The notes: generated by a model from the letters alone, not told the origin. A stretch of DNA of 64,000 nt from Camelus dromedarius (GCF_036321535.1 NC_087437.1:71116001-71180000); one strand, 5' to 3'; shown: positions 49,796 through 64,000, counted from the first letter of the stretch. Numbers and translations are program-made.

Positions 49796-52268
49796 AGAAT
49801 CACACTTCTAACAGAATCACACTTCTCCTCATGTCATTTCCTTACCTGTTACCCCCAGTCCATTTCCCCTTGTGTCTTATTAACCAGGACTAAGTCTGTA
49901 GCACTCTAAAATCCATCCTGGTAAGGGGAATGGAATACTATGATTGGTTTAGACTTTAACCAATCATCTGCAATGGCATGGATGTCAAGGCTTCCTGATT
50001 CACAGTTGATAGAATCTAATCCGTTCCTCTGTGTGAAAAGCCTTCAGCCTTTGGGCTCCTCTCCCATTGCTGTAATCCCCAGAGGATTACTGATAGAGGC
50101 TCTCAGAATCCCTCTGTGCTGCACACTATTTCAGTTTACTGGCATTTCATTTCTCCAGCTCTAGGAACATAAATCCACTTAGAGAGGGTCTGTGTTTTCT
50201 TAATTGCTCGCTTATGCGGGACTTCCATTCTCCCTGCACCTTCCTTTCAAAACTGAATGTGGTATGTATCCTGGTGTCCTCTTCCTCTGGCTCCTACATC
50301 TGAAAGTAGGTTTTTATTTTCCCCAGGTACCCTAGGGAACAGTGCTGAGTTCCATCTCCTATTTCCATAAGAAATACACTCACATTAACCAATTACCAAG
50401 TATTAGTAGAATTTACTCAAGATCTGGGCACAGTGGGGAAGCGGGGGAGGGGCAGTTCAACATCTTCCTGGCTTGATCTCCCTCCTTTTTCTTCTCTTCA
50501 CCATTTCCCCCCCAAATTTGGCCTTGGGGCTCCTAAGTCTTCTGTCTTTGATGCCCAGACCCTGGGAATCTTCATTCCTTTTCCAAATGGGATAATATCA
50601 ATATGCTCTTTCCACGTTATCTGAGAGAAATACAGTTTGTTCCACCTTTTTGCACACTGGTGAAGACAGAAGCAAAATAAACAATAGGAAAAAGTAAGAA
50701 CTACTTAACTTCTGTTAAACATTACACCACCTTACTTACTCCATGTTTGTTCTCCTTACCCTAACAAAAATTTTAGGGTCCTTACAGCAGTCTTTACCAC
50801 TTTTTGTAAGGCTAGGCTTATTCTTGACTTTAGTCTTCTTTATTCTGTTCTTGAAGGTTCATGACAGTCTTTGTGTTCAAGCTTATCTATAATCCCTTTT
50901 CTCTGTCTTTTGTGCATGTCCTTTTAAAAGCCTGAGCTCTGCAGAGAGCTCCCTGTACAACCACTCCCTTCTTTCGATGTCTCCCCCTTTACCACTGGAT
51001 TATTTCCTATTATATTATAATCAGGATTTTATTGTTTAAATCTCTCACCTCCCCCAAGTCACATTCCTTTCTAAAGTTGCACATCACAGAATCACACCTG
51101 CGGTAAATACTCTTTTGAAGTGAAGAGTTGATTTGTAATGCAAATAATTACCTCTTTATTTATCTCATTTTCAAGCAGGAATTTTCATATATCAAATTTT
51201 CATAAAGCCAAGTTAGGGGCAAATTATTTCACACCTTTTTTCTTCTCCGTTGCTTACTCTCCGTCCCCCTCCCACTCTCCTCCTGTCCTTTTCCCCTCTG
51301 GGTGTTTTCCTGCCTCCTTCCAGGATCTGCGCAAGGTCCCTGGGCTTCTCTCCCAGACTCTGCTTATGTTGAACTGAAATACTTTCTGTTCCTGTATTGG
51401 AGTGAGCCTTTGTTGTACCAGGCAAACTCACCTACCACCTGCCTCCAAAAAAGCCCATGAGTGGAGCCCAGTGGAGGAAGCACTTCTGCAGGGAGTTGGC
51501 TGTCTCTGTCTGGAACCCCTGACAGGTGGGGGTTTCTATTTCCTACCTTTTCTGCTTCTATCAACTTCAATTAAAGTCCAGCTTCTTCTGCTGACTAACT
51601 CTAAGGAGTAAATCTATGCCTCAGCCTCTTCAGGGGTAAAATGAGGGCAGTGATCTCTGTACTGTCTACAGAGTTGTTGGAGGAAAAAAAAAAATCATGT
51701 GTAAGAAAGTATAAACTGGAAAACATTATCTATCTATAAAAGAGTGTCTACTACTTGTGCTTAACCATGGATATGTTGCCTGAAAATAGCAAAGATGAGA
51801 GTTTTGAGTGTACATCCGGTAGAAATGAACAATCTTTAGGGAGGATTTTGAGCAAGGAACACTGAGAACTAAGGGTTTGTTCATTTGTTTGTTTTTAATA
51901 AAAAATTACCCTGTTCTCACACACAAGGGGATTAAAGAAAGGCTGAGGAAGTAGGAGTGTTTCAGGAGATAACAATATTACTGTCCTCTTAGGTGATTCA
52001 TTTCACTTTTGAAAATATTATAAAGACAAAGCCGTCCAGAAGACTGAGATGGAGTGAGGAAAGGGGAGATAAGGGTGAGGCTTGCTCAGGATTTGCAAAA
52101 AGAGGTCAAGTGAGGGAGCAAAGGTTCTGGGAGATAAGGGATATTGTGCTGCCTAGAGTAGAAATAGAAAGGAAGTAGGAAAACAGCTTTATCAAGTGAA
52201 AACAAATTAAATTATGGTTTAGAAAAAAGAGAGAGAAGTTGCAAGGTATGTTAGTAAGAAATAAAGAA

Positions 52269-52735
52269 CTTATTATATAGCACAAAGAAATATATTCGAT
52301 TTCTATGTAATAACATAATGGAAAAAATCTGAAAAGAAAATATATATGTATGTATATGTATAACTGAATCACTTGGCAGTACATCTGAAACTAATATTGT
52401 AAATCAACTACACCAGTAAAAAATGTTCTATAGAAACAGACTCACAGACATAGTAAACTATCTTATGGTTACTGGGGAAAGGGGGTGGGAAGGGATAAAT
52501 TTGGGAGTTTGAGATTTACAAATATTAGCCACTATATATAAAAATAGATTTTAAAATAAGTTTCTTCTGTATAGCATAGGGAACTATGTTCAATATCTTG
52601 TAATAACCTTAAATGAAAAAGAATATGAAAACTAATATATGTATGTATATGCACAGTTGGGACATTGCACTGTACACCAGAAATTGACACATTGTAACTA
52701 ACAGTACTTCAATTTAAAAAGAAAAGTTTTAATAA
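52269..52735 (+). mobile_element. Two tandem or nested L1 3'UTR fragments
   Basis: Outer TSD aagaaataaagaa (52256-52268, 52736-52748). A second L1 3' end (about 52432-52720) sits in the A-tail of the first. Confidence 0.8.
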
Positions 52736-53229
52736 AAGAAATAAAGAATTCAGTGAGAAGCTAGAAAGAAGCTACGAATGCAGAGGAGTAAATACTTTCA
52801 ATGAAGAAAACAAAGCTTGTCAGGTAATGCGGTCCCACCCGTGTTCCCACTCCCCCCCACCATCACCTTCAAACCTTTATCAGGTTTTGATCTGAGAAAA
52901 TGTAGGAGAAACTTCAAAGTTCTTATTCATTTAATAACATCAATCCATGAGCAACACCATGGGGTTGGAGATAGAACATGAGTTTTAATTCCTGTCAGGA
53001 GAGGGGGGAAAAAAATAGAGAGAATAAATAAATAGTTGATTCTTGTCGGGCTGCCCTGGCGATTACACAGACATGACCTCATACTAACTTTTTAAAGAGA
53101 AGACAAGGAGTGCAGAAGGGAGTTGGAACGTCCAAATGGTAGGAACACTAAACTCTGCAACCCTGGGAGTGGTCCATGATATTAAAAATGTCTTCTTAGA
53201 TGATTTATTTCACTTTTGAAAATACTATA

Positions 53230-54790
53230 AAAGTATCAAACACTCAGAAAACTTTAGAGAATAATAGTGCACCTGTTATCTTTATCAAATGTTAACATTT
53301 TTCCGTAAAATTTTGCCATAACATTTTGTCATATTCATTTCAGATCTTTTAAAAGAAAGGTTACATTACAAATACACTCAGTAATCATCCTCATATCATT
53401 TTCCTCCTTCCATGCCCAGAAGGAATCATTATTTGGCATTGAATGTTTATCATTTTCATCATGGTTTATGCTTTGCTACATATGAATATAGCCACATTGT
53501 ACTGTATTTTATGCTTTTGAAGCATATATAAGTATTATTCTCTGATAATTCTCTTTTCACATAAGCTGATACATGTAGGTTTAGTTCAATCATTCATTTT
53601 AACTCTGTATAAACATACCATTTTCCTGTTGATAATCATTCAATCTGTTCCCAAGTCTTCATTGTTTTAAAAAGCTATCATGAATATTTTTATACATATA
53701 TCCTTGAGCGTACCTGCTGAATTTTCTCTAGGATATAAATCTATAAAAGAAATTATTGTAGAAAGCTTTGCACAGCTTCTACTTTAGTAGATATTATCAA
53801 AATTTTTCTCCAAAGTGATTGTATTAATTTACTTCCCCATCTTTATTGTATGATATCCCATTTATTCATATTCTTTCAAATCTTTTGAGTTGTTAACTAT
53901 TTCAGTTGCTGATCTAATGGGTATTATTTGTTCTTAGACACTTTCTAGTTTTCTTGTTACTGTTGATGAAATATCATTATTTGTTGCAATTGCAATTTGC
54001 TTATTACAGGAATATAGAAATACAATTAATCATTTTATATTGCTCTTGTATCCAGAAATCTTCAGTGACTCTCAGATTAACTCTTACAGTTGATAGATTC
54101 TCTCCGTTTCCTATGTCATCAGATAAGCTGACTGATGATGAGATCTGTTTTGGAACGTCTTTGTAATTTTTGTACCTCTTGCTCTTTTTCTCATCTTACT
54201 ACATTGTCTAGGATGTTCAGAAAAAATATGGAATAGAAGTGGTGATATAGTTTACTAGTTTCATTATTAACTTTCTGCAAGATTTTGATAGATAACTTTT
54301 GTCCAATTAAGGGTGTTTCCTTTTACCCTTAAAGTTTAGTTGTTTGTGTCTTTATGACTTAAAAAGCACATGTGTTCCCTTCTCAGAGTCTGTATCCCTA
54401 ACATTCTCCCCCAGACATCAGCAAGGCTCTCTGCCTCACTTCCTTCAGGTCTCTACTCAAGGGTCACCCATAAAAGGCACACTTTATATATAATAGCAAC
54501 TCTCAACTCTCCAACTTACTCTGCTGCTTTTATCCTTTAAATGAACAAATAAGAGAATGCATGAATGTTTAATTTTATCAAATGTGCTTTCTTTTTTCTG
54601 TATCTACTAAGTTAATCATACAGTTTTTTCCCTTTTAGTTGGTTGTGTGGTGTAGTATATTAATAGATTTCTTGATGTGAAATCATTTTGCATTTTGGGG
54701 GTCAGTTCATCTTGGTCAGGGTTATTTCTTTTTCAAAAGGTAGAGATTATGTTTGTTGCAAGTTTGTTAAATTACTCTGTAAAAAATCTA
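53230..54790 (-). mobile_element. Highly decayed ancient L1 (L1ME-like)
   Basis: T-rich + strand with L1 antisense motifs (tctccaaagtgattgtattaatttacttcc, ggaatagaagtggtgata, ttttatcaaatg). Confidence 0.55.
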
Positions 54791-55216
54791 CTGAGACTTT
54801 CGTCTATTGGTAAGAGGCAATGGGAGAAACGCTATAGGGTGAAGAACTCTCTCCTAATGGAGCTTTGATTTTGTATTAAGGAAAGAATGGCCTACCCAGG
54901 GATTCCTGCAGATATCTCACCATCCAGAACTGGTCACATGACTAACTGAGTTGCAAGGGAGAGTAGGAAGTCAAGTATTTTTAGCTAGGCACATTTCCTC
55001 CATGAAAAATATCAAGGTACTGCAATTAAGGATGGAGAAATGGCAAGGGTGATTGGGTAGGCTGCTAGCAATGCCTTCTGAAATAAAAATCCCATTAGAT
55101 ATACCGGAATGCTGGAACCTTTGACTCTATCCTTCACGTCTCTTAACTGAAGCAAATCAATTAAATAAATAAATACACATAACACACATATGTACTCTGA
55201 ATAAATACACATACAT

Positions 55217-55577
55217 TGTCTTATTCAGGCAGTTATAACAAAAATAGCACAGACTGAGTGGCTTAGAACCAACAGAAATTTGTTTCTCACAGTTCTGGGG
55301 GCTGGAAGTCCTCGATCAGGCCGCCAGCACGGTCGGGTTCTGGTGAGAGTTCTCTCCTGCTGACTTCTTGTGTCCTCACGTGGCAACGAGCAGAGAAGGG
55401 AAGCAAGCACTCAGTGGCTCTTACAAGGGCACTAATCCTATTCCTGAGGCCTCCACCCCCATGCCTTCATCTAATTTTAATTAACTCCTGAAGGCCCCAC
55501 CTCCCAATTCCATCACACTGGGCTTAGGGTTTCAGTATAGGAGTTTGGAGGGGGGACACAAACATTCAGGACATAAC
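55217..55577 (-). mobile_element. MLT1A-like solo LTR
   Basis: aacagaaatttgtttctcacagttctgggggctggaagtcc..gggggacacaaacattcag; reverse-strand relative of 24376-24718. Confidence 0.85.
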
Positions 55578-57949
55578 ACACACGTATATGTGTGTATCTC
55601 TGGGCTACATTCTGGGTGAATTTCTCAATGCATACTATCTTCAATTTACTAATTGAACCTTCAGTTTTACACAGATTGAAGCTTATATCATTGTTATGGG
55701 TTGAATTATATCCCTCCAAAAACATATGTTGATGTTCTAAATCCCAATACTTCAGAGCATGACTTCTGGAGATGGGGTCTTTACAAGGGTAATCGAGTTT
55801 AAATGAGGCCATTAGAGAGGCCTCTAACCCAATAGGACCAGTGTCCTTATAAAAAAAGGGAAGATTGACGATATATATATATCATTCAACATTCCGGTAT
55901 ATCTATATATATATATGTCTCCAAATGTAAAAATTACTGTTTGCAGCTTTTTTATGTGCTTAATTTCTGAAATCTGTTGTACATTTTACACTCTAAGTGT
56001 CTCACAATTCAGACGAGCCACATTTCAAGTACTAGTTAGCTACATGGATGCTGATTCAAACACACCAATTCTAAAAAAATAATGAGATGGTGGAGGAAAT
56101 TTGAATACTGTCTAGGTTATTTGGTTATAGTAGGGTATTATTCCTTTCAAGTGGAATAGCAGTGCTGTGTTTGTTTCTTTATTGATTGCTAAATTTCGGG
56201 GGTTCTGGGTTTTATTTTATCAAAGGAGACAACACTCCTTTCTTTTGTATCACTTGCGTTACCTGTGTAGTCGGTCAGCAAACTGGTTGGTTGAGTAAGT
56301 GATGAATAACAGAAGGGTAATCAGAGACAGCATGGCATCATGGAAAGAACACAGGCAAGTCAGGGAGGAAGTCCCAGACCACTCTGTTAGTAGCCTGGAA
56401 TTCTCTTGCCTTCTTAAAACTCTACACATCGTTTTTTAAATTACAAAGTCAACTATTTCCCTTATTGCCCCCACAAATAGATTTATATTCATCAAACTAT
56501 ATGTTCTTATTTTGGTTCAAAAAACATGGTGACAGAACCTTTCATATCATGGCACTTGGTATATCCCACCAGCAAAGTGGCTACTGTGTTGTTTTGCAAT
56601 GAAGTGTTTATCTTCATTAAGCTGTGATTTCAAAAGAAAAAACTCTGACATATTCAGCTTTGAATCTCCACCACCCAGCTTATGCGGGACATATAAGCAG
56701 GCAATATATGTTTGTGGAATGAATAGATCGCCTGTCAGCGAACATTACCGGGCATCCAAACAGGTTAGTAGTTGCCATTTCATTCTTTAATTTTTTATTT
56801 TCCAGATGAACACTCCAAATGTGGCTTCCTAACTAGGATCTTGTTACTGACTTCAAAATCGCATATGAAAACCAGTTGTAGATTACTTTGCAGTTACTCA
56901 GACCCATATACCCACAGCCTTTAAAGAAAAATCATAACCAGAATCACTTAGCTTGACCTTCTCATGAGGCATGGATTCAACTGACCTTTTGTTATTTTCT
57001 AAAATGTAAAGCACATGTACAATGCTATGGTTATGAACACTCAACTAGATGTGCTTTCCAGTCCAAACTCCTTTCCCAAACTCTGTTTCCAAATATTGCT
57101 CCAAAAAGGTTTTGAGTAATTGTAGGGTCATTAGAAAAGGTCTCTACTCCTGTGATTATCTTCTAGGCATCGAGATTAGATCACTTGTTTCAAAATTCTG
57201 TTTAAAAAAATCAATGGCATGTCTCTGTAGAGACACATTTATTAAGAGAAGATGGACTATAAATCCATTGCAGTGTCTTACTCTGGACCCCAAGTGCCAG
57301 TGAGTGGGAAGGGGGTGAGGTTGGAATTACAGCATAGGATCCAAACCAGATATTCCTGGAACAAAAGTACACAGTTGTAAGTAGTTATTTGATTGTTCCA
57401 GCCATGTTTTCTCAAATATAAATGGGAACATATTTTTTGAGGGATTGTAGATTTGTTGGGAGCCTTAAAACGAAGACCACTCACACTGAATTAGTGTGAG
57501 CCCTCCAGGCAGCCAGCTAAGGGGCAAGCTCGGCTCACTCATTTGGCTGGCAGTTCTACATCTTCAATAATGAGTAGTGAAAAAAAAAAAACCCACCTCT
57601 TAACATTTTTATTTTTCTTTATCTGTGGGTATTGTCATCTAGTGATTTTCCACATTCCCCCATTTCTTAGGACAGTTTAATAGTCTTCTTTTGTGGTTAG
57701 GTATGATTTGATAGATTATTCAGCAAAGTGAAGCTCTCTAATTCTATAGAATGTATGTAATTTTGAGTTTACTCCTGGTCTGTAAGGTCCAAGAAAACAG
57801 GTGCTCTCTGTGGGATGTTTGCCATTGAATTCCAAGTGTAGAGAATACTTGACACTTAGTTGGAAGTGGTTAAGTTTTTCTTGACTGAATGAATGAGTAA
57901 ATGCTAGGTATTGGAAAGAATTGGGATGGTAAGGAGATACATATATATT

Positions 57950-58328
57950 CGGTGGCCCAGAGAAGCTAGTGGTGTAATTGCAGTCCAAACTCAAAGTCCT
58001 GAGAACAAATGGTGTAAGTTCCAATCCGAATCCAAAGGGCCAAGAATCAGGAGCATCGATATCTGGGGAACAGGAGAAGATGGATGTCCCAGCTCAACAA
58101 TAGAGCTAACTCATCCTTCCTCCACCTTTTGGTTCTACTCAGGCCCCCAAGAAATTGAATGATGCGCACCACGTTGGTGAGGGAGATCTTTACTCAGCCT
58201 GTGGGTTCAAATGCTAACCCTTCCAGAAACACTCTCACAGACACACTCAGAAATAATGTTTAACCACCTATGTGGGCATCCCTTGATCCCTTCGCTCAGT
58301 CAAGTTGACACATAAAATTAACCTTCAC
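57950..58328 (-). mobile_element. MLT2-like (ERVL) LTR fragment
   Basis: ttcaaatgctaacccttccagaaacactctcacagacacactcagaaataatgttt..gtcaagttgacacataaaattaacc. Confidence 0.8.
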
Positions 58329-61300
58329 AAGCACCCAGTATATGACGTAGGAGCTGTTTAAGAGAACTAAGGCTGCATAGAGGCAGAACAAGAGATGGGG
58401 CAGGGAGAAGGGCTGAGATAGGAAACCTACACTCCTGTGCCAGTCTTGCCCCTCATTTCCTATTGGACCTTGGGTTAGTCATACTCTGTCTGGGCCTGGG
58501 TTCTATCTCTATGTATAAAATGAGGGAGGTTGATAAATTATTTTATTATTATATACTCTGTGTCACCAAAGAATCCTCTTTTTGACAAGGAGAAAAGCTA
58601 AGCTAATTTTTCCCCCTTTCTACAATTTAAATGTCCCTTTGTTTCATTTGTATGTAAATGTATGAGACTTTGACCAAAACAAAATTACCATCTCTAGGTG
58701 ACTCCTCAGCCCTCTCATCATTAAAATGCAGCTGCAGATTTCTGGGACCAGAAAGGGAAAAGAAAACAGCTACTAAGTCATCCTGACTTACGTGTCCTAG
58801 AGCAACAGGGAGTCATTATGGGGGTAGCCCAGAGGGCAAACAGGAGAGGAGATGATGACACAAGGACATTTGGTTTGGCATAAGCCTTCACTTACCTCTG
58901 ACCTTCATTCCCAAAGGAGAGCAGATGCTCTCAATTTAGGGCGGTCAGGGAATGACGTGGGAAATCCTGGGCTTCAGAGCCCCAGTTCAAATTCTAGATC
59001 TCCTGTTTTGTATCCTTGAGCAAGTTACTTAACCTGAGCCCCAGTTTCTCCTTTATAAATGGGAGATTATTGACTTCAGAGGTTTACCATGAACAGTAAA
59101 GAAGGCAATGTGCTAGAGCACAGGAAATACTGAACAAATCACAATGAAAAGAGGAATGCGACAAGCAATGCGTGAAAGACAAAGGAGCAGAGGGCATACT
59201 ACAGAGGCATGTGGTGGGAAGAAGACTAGCCTCATGTTCCCCCTTCAATTATTGCAGGCTGGGGCAGGCTGCAGACAAGGAAAATATTGAGGAATTACCC
59301 TTCCCTCACAGAGCTGATGCTCTGGTTGGGAGATGAGGCTTAACAGAATTGTAGGTTGGAGCAAACCAGATCCTAGAGCACTGGTTGTTGGCGCCTTTAT
59401 GAAAAGGGGAAGCCAGAATAGAAGCTCCTCCTCTTCCAATCCTGAGAGTCTAGGGCTCTAGACAAGCAAGTTTTTATGGGAGATTTTGTTCTGGGGCTGG
59501 ACCTTGAAGAACGGTAGGGTTAAGAGGACCATTGGGAAAAGTGGGAAAGCCCATGGTGATTGGATAGCATCAGATTATGATGGGCCTGGAAATTCATACA
59601 GCCACCTTAGTGTTGATCTCAATAGCACTGGGAGGCCATTGCAGGTTTTTAGCCAGGGAGTATCTCAATGAAGATAACATTTGTGACAGCTTAGCCTGGT
59701 AGCAGTGACTAGTACAACTAAAGGAGGGATCGGGCAAGAAGGGGTTGAGGGAAGGACAGGTGATAGTCTTCCTTGAGTCATGCCTTAAGCGCATCCTCTG
59801 AACCCCTCATCAAGTCTTGTTGATCTCTCCCTTAAAATATCTTACCTCCGTCCCTTTTATGAAGTATATCATTCATCTGGGGAATAAATTTTCCAGCTGG
59901 ATTGACTAGTAGACAGGTGCCATTGACAGGCAAGGAAGTTGAAGTGGAGAACAAGTTTGATTGAAGGAAGGTAGATAATAAATCTGGTTTTTGACATGTT
60001 GGATTTGCGATAATAGCTGAATGTTCAAGTAGAAAAATGAAGTTGGACTTTTTAACATGACTGGAAGCGACTTTTCTATTCAAACAACATGAAATTGGAG
60101 TCTAACCAAAGTCAGATACAGGGTAAAAAAAAGAAAAAAATTGAACCTACTCTGTCACTCTCTCTCTTTTGATGTGTAATTACTATGTGGGGAACTGAAT
60201 ATATTTGCATAGTTTGTATTGTTTTTCAGCAGGCATCCTGGGGAATGATAAATGGAATTGTGATGAAAATACAAGTTTGTTAAACAAAAATACGAATAAA
60301 TGAGTAGGGAATGGAAAATGTGGGTGAATACTTCAGCTTTTTAGAGGTGTGACTTAGAAAACTCATCTCTATTATGTAATTAAGTTCTGTGAAAGGATTT
60401 ATGACCAACATCAATGGTCCTGGGATGGTCCTAAGCACTATCTTTACCTGTTTGAAAGGAAAACAGATCATCAGAGGGGAGACCATCTTCCCATTCTGTT
60501 CATAAAAATTAGAGGAAAACTTCACCTGACCATTGGGCTTGTAATGTTCAGGCTTGAGGGCTAATCTTGCCTAATTTGTTCATGAAAGGGTCCTAAAGAT
60601 GCTTGCCCTGTTTCTCAGTTATTGGAAATTCCCTCAGCCCCTCAATCTTTTGGTTTCTCTTCCCTTACTTTGATCTCCTCCCTCTTGTGCCTTATTGATA
60701 GTGACTATAAAGCAGTAGTTATAAAATGGTTTTGAAACTTTTATTTGAAGCAGAGGTGACTATGTTGTTCGCGAGGGAAGGGAAAATGGACTAAATAAAA
60801 GGAAGTGACTCTAAGCTGTTAAGAAAGAGAAGACCATGAATAGCCACATCTTGATTTTGTTCCGAAGCCATCCGAGAGAGGCAAGGAACAAGGTAATAAT
60901 AAGAGAAAATGTGTTTCTCAGACAAAGGAGCAGACAGCAGGGGACGGCAGTTCAGGGAAAGAAGAGAACATTAGTGAGAGAGTGCAGAGGGGACGTACTA
61001 ATCCCTCTCTGAATCTTACCGGTGGGAGCCCGGCCTTTTCAACTCCTTGGCAACTTCAACTTGGTCTCAAAGTGGATTGTGAGGAATGAGAACAAAAGAA
61101 AACTTCATGAGTTCCTCTTGTCAGAGCAGGGGAAATTGCTTTGAGGCCAGCACTGGAAGATGCTAATGGTAGAAAGCGGAGCAGAGAAAAAGAAGAAAAT
61201 AAAAATGTGTCAGGTCCCTGGGAGCTTGTCTAGTGTAAAGGGAGATGAAACCGCCCCTGACAAGACTAGGTCCTACCACGTACTGCTGTGCCAGTCACGT

Positions 61301-62094
61301 CTAACCAGTACTCAGCGGGCGGAAAATCTGAAGATAATGCCTCCGTTGCTCTGAGAGTATTCTTTCACTTGACAAACAGGAATCGAGCTCTTACTGTGTC
61401 AGCCAGGACTATTGCTCTTAAGGCAGAAGGGGCAAGAGGAGCCCTTCAGTCCTTGTACCGACTGGTCTTGAGAGTCAGAAAGGATTGTTGGAAAGTGAGT
61501 ACTGGGAAATCACTGCTGACCCTGGAAGGGCACAGCCCAGGGATAAGAGGGTAGGATGCAGGAGAGCCAGAACGCCAACTGGAAAGAAATATGTGTCTGT
61601 TTAACCTCCTTAAGTGACTGCTCGTCTTTCTTCTCCAGGCCTAGCAGTTCTCATCCCTCAAGTAAGGTGATACATCCTTCCCTTTGGGCAGATTTAGAAA
61701 GGCTCTGGGAGTTACCTGGGGATCATGCCAGGGAGTTGGCACAACATGGGGATCTCAATGTGGGAATTGATAATCAGCTGCAGGAGCTACAAACTCTAGG
61801 TGCTTTTTCTATATATTTTGATGCATCATTGAGAAACTCTTAAATGTGAAAGATGCCAAAGTCTTCCCTCCAGATTCTCCACCACAGGTGGGAGACTAGG
61901 CACACCGAGGTTTTTGTCTGGCTATTTAAAACTCCTGAGCTTTTGCCTGAAAATCCAGATTTGGGGGCTTCTCTGAGAGTCTGAAAGGTCTGACAGCACT
62001 GGACTCACAGCAGCAATTAGCGAGAGGTGGGTAGCAGCTGTCCCATTTAGATGGTGTATCTGCTGTCTAGCTTGACCATCCCTACCACTCACGT

Positions 62095-62217
62095 TAGGGT
62101 GACCACATCCAAAGTGGCACACTTTTGAGAGTAAAAGGGAGTGCTGTTAGTAATTATGCCTGGACCACAGGCATAAAGCAGGACTGTTGTGGGCAACAAG
62201 GGTGTATGGTTGCCCTA
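62095..62217. mobile_element. MER81-like hAT-Blackjack MITE
   Basis: Terminal inverted repeats tagggtgacca / tggttgcccta; internal acacttttgagagtaaaaggg. Confidence 0.7.
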
Positions 62218-64000
62218 ATTCATGCTGCTTACACTGGGCTTGCTTTTCTTGTTTGCCCAACTGTTATTTGGGTTATGTTGTCATAAGTCAAGATCTCCCA
62301 TGAGGAAGAAGTGAGAGAAAGGTGTAAAAGGAGGAAGAAAAAAAAAAACAAGAAGAAATGAAAAAAAAATTAAATGCCAATTACACCAAACCTTCAGGTA
62401 AAGTCAGAGCCTTGCTGGTGGCTCGCCCAGCATGTAAGGCTGACCTTCCTGGCTCCCTGCCCTACACAGCACTGTCAGTTTTAATAAGCTGTAATCCCGT
62501 AGCTACGAGTGAGACTAATCAAACTGCAGAGAGCAGCCTGTTTCTAATCAGGAAGGCACAAGATAATCATTTAACTCTGTGGTGTCTCAGTGAGCTCCAA
62601 GCTGCCTCAACAAAAAAAAAACATCCTGGCTAAGACGGTTGCTTACACACTCCCGTCTTGACCTTTTGATGGTCTTTGTTTGAAATTTTTATTAAAATGC
62701 TTTAATTACACAAGTATTTGGTTTGAAAAAATGTTTTAAAAGAATCTTTTCCCTTTATTCCCAGAGAATATTAAAATATTCCTCCACCAAGGCATACAGG
62801 CATAATAAAATATTCCTCCCCAAGAATCCACTTTAACTGATCACAGACCCAAACCCTTTCAATTCCATTCAAGGTGTGATTAGTCCCCAGAGTAGGGGCA
62901 GGAGGGATGAGCACCAGCAGACCTACCAGTGCCAGCAAGGTACCGTGGGCTACATAAGCCAGTGCCAGCTATTCCCCCCCGGAGTGGGAGCCAGGACCAA
63001 GCTGTAGCAAAGCTCCGGAAGCACCCTATACCTCAGGGCCAGAAAGCTCCTCTATTTAGTCCTTGCTTCTCGTAGCCCCTGCAACTCAGGAGCAAGTCAC
63101 AAGGAGCCAGTGCAGTGGTTAACCGTTGAGTCACAGTCAGGTGGCGCCAAGTCTAACCTGGGAGGTGATTGGCGGTGGGGCCTTAGGCAAATGACTCCCC
63201 CTTACAGAAATGCCTGGTAAGCCCTCAGGCAGGCTATTCAACCTTCCTAAAAACTCAGGATAGGAATAAGAATATCAACACCTCACAGCCACGTTCTAAG
63301 AGTCAATGAGATACGTATGGAAAGCATTTCCTAAGATGCCTGGCACGTATAAAGTACTCCCATAGATTGCGACTTTTATTATTTTTTTATTATGTGCTAG
63401 CACAGCCTCAAGGCCCCTGATTATATAATTTAAAGAGACAGGTGCATCCCTGAATCTCCTTCTTGGACTCTGCATTTAAATGTGAATGCATTTAAAACAA
63501 TGACTCCAGATGGAGTAAACATAGAAAAAATTCTTTTCTAATGGAGAACATTTCTGGTACCATGGAAATTTAATGTTTTGTTTAATAGACTCATTACTAT
63601 TTACAAGAAACCAGACTAGTATATTTTTTTAATTAAAAATGTTTTTGGCTATTGACCTTAATAGATTTACATTAAAAGAAAGAAACATTTTTTTCAAATG
63701 TGCTAATAAGAAAAAGACCGAGAAAAATGGACAATGTTGGGCAGAATTCAGTGTTTTATACACAAATAAAACTCCTAAATTTTATATGATTCTGGGATAT
63801 TTACTAATATTCCTCCAACAATGGGTTTGGAATTGAACAGGAATATAAATATATGAACAAGTCCAATCCAATATATTTCAAAACAATCAGATCCCTGATA
63901 ATAGAAACTTTTTCTTTCATAAGTACCCTTGCCATTCATTGGAGAGGTTATAGGAATATCTATGAATTCCAGAATTTATTAACTTTGAAATTCATGGGCA

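Noticed and set aside
63127..63148. AP-1 motif next to a CTCF-like sequence
   Set aside because: The 5' half of the CTCF core matches poorly, and single motifs occur by chance.
63500..64000. Possible 3'UTR end of a convergent neighbour gene (QTRT2 by recalled human synteny); minus-strand AATAAA at 63975-63980
   Set aside because: AT-rich sequence with no coding exon in the window; cannot be supported without alignment.

Overview
Mammalian genomic DNA, probably camelid: a vic-1-like tRNA-derived SINE is present, but the species call is an inference. The window holds the complete coding region of the dopamine D3 receptor gene DRD3 on the + strand (ATG 4070, TGA 37528-37530), followed by about 26 kb of repeat-rich sequence. 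The human-type splice path uses six coding exons (270+113+143+197+283+197 nt) and gives 400 aa. The locus also has an intact rodent-type 78-nt third-intracellular-loop (ICL3) exon at 32954-33031 and an upstream acceptor at 35841 (+63 nt), which together give a 447-aa long form. The most unusual items are: a 143-nt decayed copy of part of the first coding exon 1.5 kb upstream, which keeps apparently ancestral residues; absence of the splice signals for the human 99-nt exitron; substitutions at N97, S145 and A337; an intronic CpG-island-like element with a strong splice donor; a structured solo LTR; and a second short local duplication. The promoter and non-coding first exon(s) were not identified. 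I see no evidence for a wholly new multi-gene system. Comparisons with human and rodent DRD3 and repeat family names are from memory, not from a search, and repeat boundaries are approximate.
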